Of a stretch of DNA of 64,000 bases, positions 28,690-38,579 are shown one piece after another (position 1 is the first letter of the stretch; every line of letters starts with the position of its first letter). Source of the stretch: an uncultured Acidimicrobiia bacterium (GTDB lineage Bacteria > Actinomycetota > Acidimicrobiia > Acidimicrobiales > JACDCH01); contig CAWDIH010000001.1 in the NCBI GenBank assembly GCA_963802415.1, positions 2,633,000 to 2,696,999 of the forward strand. The letters run 5' to 3'. The notes beneath the pieces were generated by a model, which worked only from the letters and a program-made list of their open reading frames with translations, ran no database searches and was not told the DNA's origin. A program made the position numbers and the translations under genes.

Positions 28690-29658
28690 CTACTCCTCGG
28701 TCAACCCGACGTGGCGCGGCTGTGCCGTGGCAGCGCGCTCGCTCGCTTCCGCCGCTTCGAGCGCCTGGTACCACGCGTAGGTGCGGGCGAGTCCCTGCGT
28801 GAACGTGGTCGCCGGCTGCCAGCCGAGCACGTCGCGCGCCTTGTCGTTCGAGACGACCCGAGCCTTGAGATCGCCGGGGCGCGCCGGTCCGAACTCGACG
28901 GAGCCCGAACCGACCAGTGAGCACACCGATTCCGCGATCTCTCGGATGCTGACGGGAGAGGCTCCCTCGATGTTGAACGTCTCGTTCGCCGCCACGTCGT
29001 CGAGCGCTCTCACATGTGCCTGCGCGAGGTCTTCCACGTAGACGAAGAAGCGTTGCTGGCTCCCGTCACCATCGATGCGCAGCGGTTCGCCGCGCAGGCA
29101 TCGCTTCAGGAACGCGGCCACGACACAGTTGTCACGCATGCGCGGCCCGTAGGGGATGCCATATCGCAGGATCGTGTACGGCCGCCCGTAGAGCGTGTGG
29201 TAGTCGCGGCACGCCATCTCGGCAGCCACCTTCGATGTCACGTACAGGTGGCGATCGGTGTTCGGGTCGAACGTCGTGTTCTCGTCGACGACGTCAGCCG
29301 TGGTCGCGGCGTACACCCACACCGTCGACGCGAGCACGACTCTCCCTGCTTCGGCTCGCCGTGCGGCCTCGAGTACGCGCGCCGTGCCGAGCGTGTTGAC
29401 CTGGATCGTGAGCGTCGGATCCACGATCACGTCGTTGACGTCGGCGATCGCGGCGAGGTGGAAGATGACTTCGGATCCCGTGAGCGCAGTGGTGAGGCCG
29501 TCCGTGTCGAGCACGTCGACCGGCACCCACTCGGCGTCGGCGCGGTGCGGTGGCTTGGGGTCGAGCACGCGGACGGTGCAACCGGCATCGAGGAGCGCGT
29601 CGACGACGTGCGTCCCGATGAAACCGGAACCCCCGGTGACGGCGACGAGTCTGTGCAA
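28690..29658 (-). CDS. NAD-dependent epimerase/dehydratase (extended SDR)
   Basis: VTGGSGFIGTHVV Rossmann motif and YVTSK catalytic motif. 322 aa. Confidence 0.85.
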   Translation of the reverse strand: MHRLVAVTGGSGFIGTHVVDALLDAGCTVRVLDPKPPHRADAEWVPVDVLDTDGLTTALTGSEVIFHLAAIADVNDVIVDPTLTIQVNTLGTARVLEAARRAEAGRVVLASTVWVYAATTADVVDENTTFDPNTDRHLYVTSKVAAEMACRDYHTLYGRPYTILRYGIPYGPRMRDNCVVAAFLKRCLRGEPLRIDGDGSQQRFFVYVEDLAQAHVRALDDVAANETFNIEGASPVSIREIAESVCSLVGSGSVEFGPARPGDLKARVVSNDKARDVLGWQPATTFTQGLARTYAWYQALEAAEASERAATAQPRHVGLTEE

Positions 29659-29671
29659 CGTGGATCCTTTG

Positions 29672-30856
29672 CTACGAGGGGGCAGCGAGTCGATCGAGTG
29701 CGGCGCGGAGCGACGTGACGACGTGTGCAGCTTGTTCGTCCGTCATCACGGCTGACACCGGCAGGCAGATGTGTGACGCGCAGAGTTGCTCGGCGCCGGG
29801 CAGCGGCCGGTCGACCCACGGCGCGAACACTGGTTGCGCGTGCAACGGGAGCTCGTACACCTCGCCGGACAGGCCGACGCCGTAGTCCTGTCGCATCAGC
29901 TGCCTGAGCTCGGATCGGTCGACGCCGTCGGGCAGGAAGGCGATGTACTTGTAGTAGTTGCACACCGCGCCTGTGGGGACGTCGAGCGACGTGAGCGGAA
30001 GCTGAGCCAACCCGTCGTCGTAGATCTTGGCGATGCGCTGACGGTGTGCGATGAACTCGTCGAGCCGGCCGAGTTGGCTGAGCGCGATCGCCGCGTGCGG
30101 CTCGCTCATCCGCCAGTTGTAACCGAGGTGGGTGTGGACGTTCGCGGTGAAGCTCGCCTTGCCTTGGTCGCGGTAGATGCGCGCTTCGTCTGCGATGGTG
30201 TCGTCGTCGGTGAGGATGATGCCGCCCTCGCCGCCGGCCATCACTTTCGTGGGGTAGAAGCTGAACGAGCCGGCGATGCCGAACGTGCCGGCCATGCGGT
30301 CATCGAGCGACGATCCGTGTGCATGCGCCGCGTCTTCGAAGAGGAAGATCCCACGCTCGTCGCACAAGTGGCGAAGCTCGTGGATGGCGGGCGTCACGAG
30401 ACCGCCGATGTGCACGACCACGAGCCCGGCCGTGTCGGGTCCGATGGCGCCAGCGACGTCACTCGGATCGACTGCCATCGTGGCGGGGTCGCAATCAACG
30501 AACTTCGGTCGTGCTCCAGCGGCGACGACCGCGGCAGCCGTGGCGAAGAACGTGTTGGCCGGGACGAGGACCTCGCGACCGTCGACCGACTGTCCGAGGG
30601 CTGCCATGCTCCGCAACGGGATCTCGATCGCGCTGGTTCCGGAGTTGACCGCCACCGCGTGCTTGGAACCATGGTGGGCTGCGAAGCGCTCCTCGAGCTC
30701 GCGGCCGATCTCTCCAAGTGTGAGCTGTCCCGTGGTGAGAGCCTCGTCGATGCGTCGAAGGATGTCGGCGCGGTCCTCGGGTGGGAAGTGGACCTTCGCT
30801 GGCGGCACGGACAGAGCGGGCGTTGCCGCACCGGACGGGGCGCTGGGAGCGGTCAT
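29672..30856 (-). CDS. DegT/DnrJ/EryC1/StrS-family sugar aminotransferase
   Basis: 394 aa. FEDAAHAHGS and SFYPTKVMAGGEGG (PLP-lysine region) are typical of the family. Confidence 0.9.
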   Translation of the reverse strand: MTAPSAPSGAATPALSVPPAKVHFPPEDRADILRRIDEALTTGQLTLGEIGRELEERFAAHHGSKHAVAVNSGTSAIEIPLRSMAALGQSVDGREVLVPANTFFATAAAVVAAGARPKFVDCDPATMAVDPSDVAGAIGPDTAGLVVVHIGGLVTPAIHELRHLCDERGIFLFEDAAHAHGSSLDDRMAGTFGIAGSFSFYPTKVMAGGEGGIILTDDDTIADEARIYRDQGKASFTANVHTHLGYNWRMSEPHAAIALSQLGRLDEFIAHRQRIAKIYDDGLAQLPLTSLDVPTGAVCNYYKYIAFLPDGVDRSELRQLMRQDYGVGLSGEVYELPLHAQPVFAPWVDRPLPGAEQLCASHICLPVSAVMTDEQAAHVVTSLRAALDRLAAPS

Positions 30857-31061
30857 CGTGTGCTTCGACTCTAGTTTGCTGAACCGCCGCGACCGCTGAT
30901 GCGCCGGCGACGAGGTCGCGTCGGGGGAGCGTGCTCAAGTGTTCTCCGGCGGCCACTCGACCGTACATGATCGGCCATCCGAACCCCGGTCGCCACGCGG
31001 CTCGGAATCGGTTCGTCACAGGATGGTGACCTCGGCTCCGATGCGTCGTAGTCTTTGAGCC

Positions 31062-31244
31062 GTGCTCGTCGAGCGGTGCTGGATCTGCTTGGAACAGCCC
31101 GCCGTCACGACGGTGGAAGCGGCCGACGGCCGGCGTTATCCGGCGTGCGATGTCTGCGCGGTCGAGCACCCGAACGGCCCGCCGCGCGACCGGGGAACGA
31201 TCACCGACGACGATCTCCGACGCATCGTCGGCGACACCGCCTGA
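31062..31244 (+). CDS. small hypothetical zinc-ribbon-like protein (CxxC-N19-CxxC)
   Basis: 60-codon GTG ORF with strong GC3 bias. CWIC...CDVC spacing is typical of a zinc ribbon. No convincing SD. Lies directly upstream of the methylase. Confidence 0.35.
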   Translation: MLVERCWICLEQPAVTTVEAADGRRYPACDVCAVEHPNGPPRDRGTITDDDLRRIVGDTA

Positions 31245-31285
31245 CCGCTACTCGTCAGCGATCCGTGACTCATGTCGGTGTCGCA

Positions 31286-31322
31286 CGTGCGTCTGCGTGT
31301 CAAAACGACACGTCAATGCACG
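31286..31322. repeat. degenerate third copy of the palindromic element (right arm GTCAATGCACG intact, left arm about 7/11)
   Basis: Exact 11-mer GTCAATGCACG at 31312-31322, 21 nt before the methylase ATG. The left half CGTGCGTCTGC only partly matches CGTGCATTGAC. Confidence 0.4.
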
Positions 31323-31343
31323 GGCGATCCCTAGAAGCCACCA

Positions 31344-32488
31344 ATGGATCGGTCCTGGCTCGTAACGTTTCGGTCGGTGATCAAGTACCTCGGGTCGAAG
31401 CGTCGTCTGGTGCCTGCGCTCACTGCGATCGCGCACGCGTCGGGCGCGCGCACTGCGCTCGATCTGTTCACGGGCACGACGCGGGTCGCGCAAGCCTTCA
31501 AGTCGTGCGGGATCGAGGTCACCGCAGTCGACAGCGCTCGGTACGCGGCAGCGTTCGGCCAGTGCTACATCGCGACGGACGCGGATGCCGTCGACCACGG
31601 CGAGCTTGCACGCCTGATCACCCGGCTCGACGCGCTCGCGCCGCAGCCGGGGTACGTGACTGAAGTCTTCTCGGGCAAGGCGCGCTACTTACGGCCGCAG
31701 AATGCCGCACGCGTGGACGCGATCCGAGACGCCATCGATCGCGAGTGGCGGGGGCATCGGTACGAGCCGATCCTCCTCACGAGCCTGATCGAGGCCGCCG
31801 ATCGAGTCGACTCCACCACAGGTGTGCAGATGGCGTTCGTCAAGCAATGGGCACCTCGCTCGCAACAGGTGCTCGAGCTCCGCCTGCCGTCACTGCTTCC
31901 CGGCCGCGGGCATGCGATGCACGGCGACGCCTGCGAGGTAGCGGCAAGGCGAAAGCACTTCGATCTCGCCTATCTCGATCCGCCCTACAACCAGCACCGC
32001 TACACCGCCAACTACCACGTCTGGGAGACGTTGGTCGCCTGGGACGCGCCGTCACACTACGGCGTCGCGTGCAAGCGCAACGACCTCCGTGATCCATCTA
32101 CGCGATCCGTTTCAACTCGCGACGCACCATGCCCGACGCGTTGCACAAGGTGATCGAGGACTTGGACACCGACCTGTTGGTGGTCTCGTGCTCGAATGAG
32201 GGATGGGTCGACATCGAGGAGCTGCAGGCATGGTGCCGGCCGCGCGGCCATGTCGAAGTGATCGCGTTCGATTCCCGTCGTTACGTCGGCGCTCAGATCG
32301 GTGTGTACAACCCGCGAGGCGAACGCGTGGGGGAGGTCTCACATCTCCACAACGTCGAGTACCTTGTTCTGTCCGGTGAGCGTGGGCTCGTTCGACGCGC
32401 CGCTCAATCGAGCAGCGAGCTCACCAATGCGTCGACGTCGGCGAGCGGCTCGTCGACTGCGCTCGTTGGCGCACCGGCTGCCGGCTGA
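31344..32488 (+). pseudogene. D12-class N6-adenine DNA methyltransferase (Dam-like), one frameshift near 32093-32110
   Basis: VIKYLGSKRRLVPAL (SAM motif) and LDPPYNQHRY (catalytic DPPY) are in ORF 31344..32153. The C-terminal part (FNSRRTMPDAL..LLVVSCSNEGW) is in ORF 32129..32488. Confidence 0.8.
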
Positions 32489-34445
32489 AGGTCGTCGCAA
32501 GCACGCGCATCTCCCTCGTGAGTCATCGTCGCGACCACCGCGTCGGTGAGGAACCGGCTGCGTTGTCCGAAGACGTGGCGGTCGCTCAGCCGCGCCCGTC
32601 CGAGGCCCGTGTGATAACGCAGCGGCAGGTAGCACCACAGGCGGTCCCGTGCGCGCGTCATCGCGACGTAGAGCAGCCGACGCTCCTCTTCGATGGCCGC
32701 GTCGTCACCAGTGGCCATGTCGGACGGCAGGTTGCCGTCGGTCACGTGGATGACGTGGACGCACTGCCACTCGCCGCCCTTGGCGGAGTGGATCGTCGAA
32801 AGCGTCAGGTAGTCGTCGTCGAGGTGCGGCGGTCCCGCCAGCTCGCCGGTGGCGGACGGCGGATCGAGGACCAACTCCGTCAGGAACCGCTCGAGGCTCG
32901 GCGCCTGCGACGCGGCCTTGCCCAGCTCCTCGAGGTCCGCCAGTCGCGCCGATGCATTGCGATAGCGGGCATCGACCCGATCGTCGAGCCACGTTCGCAC
33001 TCGTTCGACGACGGCACCGGGCCCGGCCTCGCGATCGAGGCGCCGCGCGTCGGTGACTGTGATCAGCAAGGCATCACCGGCTTCGGGCAGTGCGCCTGCG
33101 GACAGGTTCGCGCCTGTCGATGCGAGCCGGCGCGCGGTCGCGGGACCGATGCCGTCGACGAGCTGCAGCACGCGGAACCACGCCAGCTCGTCACTCGGGT
33201 TCGCGACGATGCGCAACAGGCACAGCAGGTCCTTCACGTGTGCGGCCTCGAGGAACCGGAGCCCGCCGAACTTGACGTACGGAATGCGGCGGGCGGTGAG
33301 CTCGAGCTCGAGTAGGTCGCTGTGGTGCGCGGCGCGGAACAGCACGGCTTGGTCGTGCAAGGCCACGCCGCGCTCGTACTCGTCGACGATTCGTCCGCAC
33401 ACGGCCGCCGATTGCGCACCCTCGTCGGCGCACGACACCAGCGCCGGTGCTGGTCCGTCGGAACGCGTCGACCACAAGGCCTTGTCGTGCTTGTGCTCTG
33501 CTGCTGCCTCGGCCATGACCGCGTTGGTGGTGCGCAAGATTGCCGGCGTCGACCGATGGTTGCGGTCGAGCACGACGACGTCGCGCGCCGAAGCGCTCGG
33601 GGAACTCCAGGATGTTGCGTTGGGTGGCGTTGCGAAAGCCGTAGATCGCTTGTGCGTCGTCACCGACCGCGGTGATGGCCGCCCCTCCGGTCGCTAGCGC
33701 ATGGAGAAGGTCGGCCTGCTGCGTGTTCGTGTCCTGGTACTCGTCGACGAGCACGTGGTCGAACTGCGCCCGCAACGCCGGCGCCGCGGACGATTGCAGG
33801 AGTGACGACCATCCGAGCAGCAGGTCGTCGTAGTCGAGGACGTGCGCGGCGCGTTTGCGGGCCCGGTAGGCCTCGAAGGTCGCGCGCAACTCCTGGCGTT
33901 CTTCGACGCACCACGGGAAGGAGTCGCGCAGCACTTGCGACAGCGGCGTCGACGTGTTGACGACGCGGCTCAGGATGGCAGCCATCGTGTCCTTCTTGGC
34001 GCGGCGGCGGGTGGCGTCTGGCGTTTCGGACAGGTCGGCGCGCACCAGCGCCAACAGGTCGGCGGTGTCTGCTTGATCGAGCACGGTGAACGCGGGATCG
34101 AGCCCGAGCGCCCAACCGTGCCGGCGCAGCAGCCGGTTGGCGACCCCGTGGAACGTGCCACCCCACGTGCGGCGGGCGACATCGCGGCCCGCTTCGGCTT
34201 CGGCCCTGCGTAGCAGTTCGGCGGCGGCGCGCCGGCTGAACGTGAGCAACAGGATCCGCTCGGGGGGCACGCCGCCGCTCGACCAGCGCCGCAACTCGGG
34301 AGGCCAGCGTCGTGGTCTTGCCGCTGCCGGCGCCCGCCACGATCAGGAGGTGCCCACTGTCGTGCGCGACCGCAGCGCGCTGCTGTTCCGTCAGACCAAA
34401 CACCTGTTCGACAGTACAACGAGGTTGGAGTTGGCGGGGGGACAT
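32404..34445 (-). pseudogene. UvrD/PcrA-type superfamily 1 DNA helicase, two frameshifts (near 34280 and 33590)
   Basis: AGAGSGKTTTL, VDEYQDTN, LDRNHRS, TIHSAKGGEW and LYVAMTRARDRL are spread over three frames (ORFs 33660..35297, 33191..34294 and 32404..33663). ATG at 34445. Confidence 0.8.
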
Positions 34446-34460
34446 TGCGAGGATGCACGG

Positions 34461-35645
34461 ATGGACGAACGCGAGCGCCTGCTGACGCCCGCCTTCGTCG
34501 AGGTCACAGGATCGGCGCTCTGCTACTTCATTGCCATCGGCATCGTCGCGCCGGTGCTGCCCCGGTTCGTCGAGGACTCGCTCGGGGGAGGCGGCACCGC
34601 GGTGGGGCTGTCCGTCGGCGCCTTCGCCATCTCGGCCGCGGCGCTGCGACCGGCCGTCGGCCACCTGGGCGATTCCAGGGGACGGAAGCTGCTCGTGCTC
34701 GGTGGCGCCTCGATCGCCGGCATCTCGATGTTCGGCTACGTGCTCGCCACGAGCCTTCCGATCCTCATCGGCATGCGTCTGCTGACCGGCGTCGGCGAGG
34801 CCGCCATGTTCGTCGGCGCGGCGACGGCGGCTCAGGATCTCGCGCCGCCGTCGCGCCGGGGCGAGGCGGCGTCGTACTTCTCGGTTGCCGTGTACGGCGG
34901 ACTGGCGGTTGGGCCGATACTCGGCGAACTGGCTCGCACACACTGGGGTGTGAACGCGGCGTGGTACCTGGGCGGCGCGTTCTGCTTCGCCGCTGTACTG
35001 CTCGGCACACGGATGCCGACCGCCCGACCGTCGGTCGCGCCCGAGCCGGCCTCGGGTCGCCGCCACTTGCTCCATCCCGCCGCATTGCGTCCAGGCCTGA
35101 TCCTGATGCTGTCGACAACCGGGTACGCAGGGTTCGCCGCATTCGTTCCTCTGTACGTCACCGACCTCGGGTTGAGTGGCGCAGGGCTCGTGTTCGCCGA
35201 GTACGCGTTCGCCGTGCTGGTGGTGCGCATCTTCGGCGCACGCCTGCCTGATCGATTGGGATCGCGCCGCGGCGCCTCCATCGCTCTTGCGCTGCAATCG
35301 GTGGGGCTGATGACGATGTGCCTCTGGATGAGCGTGACCGGGCTGTACGTCTCGACGTTCGTGTACGCGATGGGTGTGTCACTGCTCTATCCGGCGTTGT
35401 TCCCGCTCGTGATCGACGGCACGCCGGAGTCCGAGAGAAGCCAAGCGGTCGCCACGTTCACGCTCGCGTTCGACATCTCGGCCGGACTCGGCGCGTTCCT
35501 GCTCGGCATCATCGTCTCGCTGTCGAGCGAACGTTGGGCATTCGGCGTGGCCGCGATCCTGTCGTTCATCGGGCTGTTGCTGGTGCGGACCGTGGGCCGG
35601 CGCTACAGCCGAGTTCCTCAGCTGTCGCCCGCAGTCACCTCGTAG
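34461..35645 (+). CDS. MFS transporter
   Basis: ATG 34461 in ORF 34086..35645. About 12 TM segments and MFS loop motif GHLGDSRGRK. Confidence 0.8.
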   Translation: MDERERLLTPAFVEVTGSALCYFIAIGIVAPVLPRFVEDSLGGGGTAVGLSVGAFAISAAALRPAVGHLGDSRGRKLLVLGGASIAGISMFGYVLATSLPILIGMRLLTGVGEAAMFVGAATAAQDLAPPSRRGEAASYFSVAVYGGLAVGPILGELARTHWGVNAAWYLGGAFCFAAVLLGTRMPTARPSVAPEPASGRRHLLHPAALRPGLILMLSTTGYAGFAAFVPLYVTDLGLSGAGLVFAEYAFAVLVVRIFGARLPDRLGSRRGASIALALQSVGLMTMCLWMSVTGLYVSTFVYAMGVSLLYPALFPLVIDGTPESERSQAVATFTLAFDISAGLGAFLLGIIVSLSSERWAFGVAAILSFIGLLLVRTVGRRYSRVPQLSPAVTS

Positions 35646-36595
35646 GCGAGCGGTTCGCCGTTCTCCCACCGCGTCAAGTTCGCGATGAACGCGCTGGCCG
35701 CCCGCTCGTAACGGCCGGTGCCGCCTGCGGAAGAGTGCGGTGTGAGGACGACACGCGGATGGTCCCACAGCCAGCTGCGCTCAGGTGGCGGTTCCTCGTC
35801 GGTCACGTCGAGGATCGCGACCTCGGGTACGCCCCGGTCGAGCGCGGTTCGCAACGCGCTCTCGTCCACCAGCGAGCCACGACCGATGTTCACGAGCACC
35901 GACCCAGGCCGGAACAACGCGAGCCGCGAACTGTCGATGAGATGCCGGGTCTCGGCGCCGCCGGGCGCCGCGAGGACGACGACGTCCGCGCGCGGCAAGC
36001 ACGCGTCGAGCGCGGCCGGGCGTACGCACTCGTCGACCGGTTCCTGTCCGTTCGGTGAATGTCGCACGCCGATGACCGTGGTACCGAATGCCTTGGCGCG
36101 TATTGCGACCTCGGTGCCGATGTGCCCGAGACCGACGATGACCCATGTCGTCCCGTGGACCTCGCGGAAGTCATGTGGCTGCCATCGACGAGCAGTTCGT
36201 TCTTCGGTCCACGCGGATGCTTGCTGGAAGTGATCGAGCACGGCGCGCACGATGTACTCCGCGATCGGGATGCCCGTCACGTGCGACGTCGTGAGCCTCG
36301 TACCGCCGTCGGTCAGCATCTGGAACACGGGATGATCCGTGCCCGCCCCGGAGCTCTGGAGCCACCGTGGTCTGGTGTTCAGCGCGAGACGGAAGAACTT
36401 GCGAACCGGGCCGCCGTCGAAGAAATCCGAGGTCAGCCACGCGACGTTCGGCTCCGCCTCCTCCCACGGGATGGTGCGGTCGTCGAGGACCAGGTCGCCA
36501 TCCTGTTGCATGCGGATGAACTGCACGTGCGGCACAGCGGCGTTGATGCGGTCGGCGTAGGCGGCGAAGGCGCGCTCACTCAGTAGCAGCAGCAT
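35618..36595 (-). CDS. D-isomer-specific 2-hydroxyacid dehydrogenase family protein
   Basis: NAD-binding GLGHIGTEVA, conserved LVNIGRG and TPHSSAG regions. Confidence 0.8.
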   Translation of the reverse strand: MLLLLSERAFAAYADRINAAVPHVQFIRMQQDGDLVLDDRTIPWEEAEPNVAWLTSDFFDGGPVRKFFRLALNTRPRWLQSSGAGTDHPVFQMLTDGGTRLTTSHVTGIPIAEYIVRAVLDHFQQASAWTEERTARRWQPHDFREVHGTTWVIVGLGHIGTEVAIRAKAFGTTVIGVRHSPNGQEPVDECVRPAALDACLPRADVVVLAAPGGAETRHLIDSSRLALFRPGSVLVNIGRGSLVDESALRTALDRGVPEVAILDVTDEEPPPERSWLWDHPRVVLTPHSSAGGTGRYERAASAFIANLTRWENGEPLAYEVTAGDS

Positions 36596-37833
36596 CGGCG
36601 GGCACCGTACCGGTGACGCGCACCGCGGTCCGGCGTCGCCGGGCGAGCAGCACGACCGAGGGCACCTGCACGAGTCCCGCGCACACCAGCGCCGTCGGTG
36701 TCGACGTCAGTACCGCGATGGTCCCGAAGGTCGGTCCCCCCGCGACCTCACCCACCGCGTGCGCTTGGCTGGCGAGCGAGTTGACCGTTGCGCGCGTTCG
36801 GGGGTCGAGACCACGGTTGACCCACGCGGCGAGCACGGGCTCACTCACCTCCCATACCGCGGCCGCTGCGCACAGCGAGATCGTGGCGAACCAGAACGAG
36901 CGGCTGAGACCGAACGCGACGACGGCGACGATCATGCCGACGACCACCGCGCTCGCGGTGCGCTCGACGCCGTGGTCGCTGTCGAGGTCGGCGCGACGGC
37001 GCACGATCTCGGTGAGCGCGACGGCGCACAACAACCCGAGCGCCTGGAGCCCGGCGATCCACACGACGGGTGCAACGTTGCCGACCTCGGGAACACCGAT
37101 GTCGTCGAGGATGTGCAGGGTCCACAGGCGGTCGAATCCCTCCGAGGCGAGGCCGATGAGCGCCACGACGCCGAGCGTCACGAGCAGCGTCGGGTGGGTT
37201 CGAACCGTTCCGATCGCTTCGGTCACGGTCCGCTTCATCGTCGACGCCGCGCTCGGTGCGCAATGCGGGATCCGCGCGCACGAACGCGGTCTCCGGCATG
37301 AGGAACCACAGCCAAACGGCGTTGAGGAGCTGCAGGAGTGCACCGACGATGATCGCCAGCCACAGCGCGATCGCACCGAGTGCTGCACCGACGAGGATGC
37401 CGGCGAAGATCGCCGCTTGGCGAGCCTGTGCGCCGCGCACGTACAGGGGTCGTGCCGCTTCCTCGCCCACCTCGTCGGTGATCCACGCAACGTCAGCGCC
37501 GCTGGTGAACGTGTAGCCCACTGCCCACACGACCTGCGCCAACAGGATCACGGGATAGGAAGGCACGGCGTAGAGCAGGAAGCCGCAGCCGAGCAGCGCG
37601 ACGCCGATGACGACCGAGAGCTTGCGGCTCACGGTGTCCGCCAGCACGCCCGTCGGGATCTCGCACAGCGTCACCGTCACCTCGAGCACCGTGCCGACGA
37701 ACGTGAGCTCCAGCGCGTTGAGCTCGAGCCGCGTGATGAGGTACACCATCGTCACGGTGGCCGACATCTGGAACGCGAACCACGTCGCCGCCTGGTACGC
37801 CAACCACACGCGTGCTGCCCGCGCCTGCATCAC
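36576..37833 (-). pseudogene. MFS transporter, one frameshift near 37250
   Basis: The N-terminal half is in ORF 36841..37833 (6 TM, ends ...LMPETAFVRADP). The C-terminal half is in ORF 36576..37490 (MKRTVTEAIGTVRTHPTLL... 6 TM). Confidence 0.7.
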
Positions 37834-37856
37834 GCCATCTTGTCCGGGTCACGCCC

Positions 37857-37908
37857 CGAATTCCGGGGAGAAACGGGCGCCATAGCGCCCGTTTCCATCC
37901 AACATTCG
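37857..37908 (-). repeat. 52-nt hairpin repeat, copy A (sense on minus strand)
   Basis: Reverse complement reads CGAATGTTGGATGGAAACGGGCGCTATGGCGCCCGTTTCTCCCCGGAATTCG. Starts 2 nt after the IdeR-like stop and lies 23 nt before the MFS start. Confidence 0.85.
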
Positions 37909-37910
37909 AG

Positions 37911-38579
37911 TCAGGCGATGCGTTGGACGAAGACTTGCTGGGCGACGGTGCGGCCGAGCGTGCGGTCCTTGCCGTCGACGCGCAACACCAGCGGGCCGTC
38001 GAAGGGGTGCTTCTCCCGCACTTCGACGCGTCCACCGGGGCGAAGGCCGAGGGTGTCCAGAAAGGCGACGACGTCCGGGTCGGTCGAGCCCGGCACCGCC
38101 ACGACGGCCACGTCCCCCGGCTCGAGGTCGTACAGCGGAGGCATGTCGGGCAGGTCGTCCGTTTCCGGCGTAGGGATGGGGAACCCGTGCGGGCACGTGC
38201 TCGGGCGGTCGAGGGCGATGAAGATCCTGTCCTCGACCTCCTGGGGCAACTCGTGCTCGAACGACGTGGCGAGCCGGTCGGCCTCGTTCCACGCGTAGCC
38301 GAGCATGTCCGACAGGAACCGCTCGACGATCCGGTGGCGGCGGATGGCGCCGACAGCCTCACGCCGACCTCGCTTCGTGAGCTCGACGCCTTTGTACAAG
38401 CGGTGCTCGACCAGCCCACGGTCGGCGAGGCGCTTCACCGTCGTGGTGACGGTGGAGGGGCTGACGTCGAGGCGCTCGGCGAGGTCGCCGGTGTGGGCCG
38501 CCTCGTCGCCCTTCGTGAGGCGGTAGACGGCCTTCAGCGTCTCCCGTTCGGACTTCGTGAGCCTCAGGTCGTCGTCCAT
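37911..38579 (-). CDS. DtxR/IdeR/MntR-family metal-dependent transcriptional repressor with C-terminal SH3-like (FeoA) domain
   Basis: wHTH TGDLAERLDVSPSTVTTTVKRLADRGLV, dimerisation/metal region RRHRIVERFL...EHELP, FeoA-like tail. ATG 38579 is preferred over the TTG 38618 of the ORF track, which would make an AT-rich patch coding. Confidence 0.85.
   Translation of the reverse strand: MDDDLRLTKSERETLKAVYRLTKGDEAAHTGDLAERLDVSPSTVTTTVKRLADRGLVEHRLYKGVELTKRGRREAVGAIRRHRIVERFLSDMLGYAWNEADRLATSFEHELPQEVEDRIFIALDRPSTCPHGFPIPTPETDDLPDMPPLYDLEPGDVAVVAVPGSTDPDVVAFLDTLGLRPGGRVEVREKHPFDGPLVLRVDGKDRTLGRTVAQQVFVQRIA

Noticed and set aside
30981-31014. GAACC...GGTTC and GGAATCGGTTC strings, considered as an actinobacterial SOS (Cheo-type GAAC-N4-GTTC) box in the degT/zinc-ribbon spacer
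   Set aside because: The spacing is wrong (2 nt, or about 25 nt, instead of 4) and the flanking TCGAAC/GTTCGA consensus is absent.
33660-35297. 545-aa minus-strand ORF that looks like one large gene
   Set aside because: Only its downstream third (from ATG 34445) matches the helicase N-terminus. The upstream part is antisense to a well-supported MFS transporter and is read-through.
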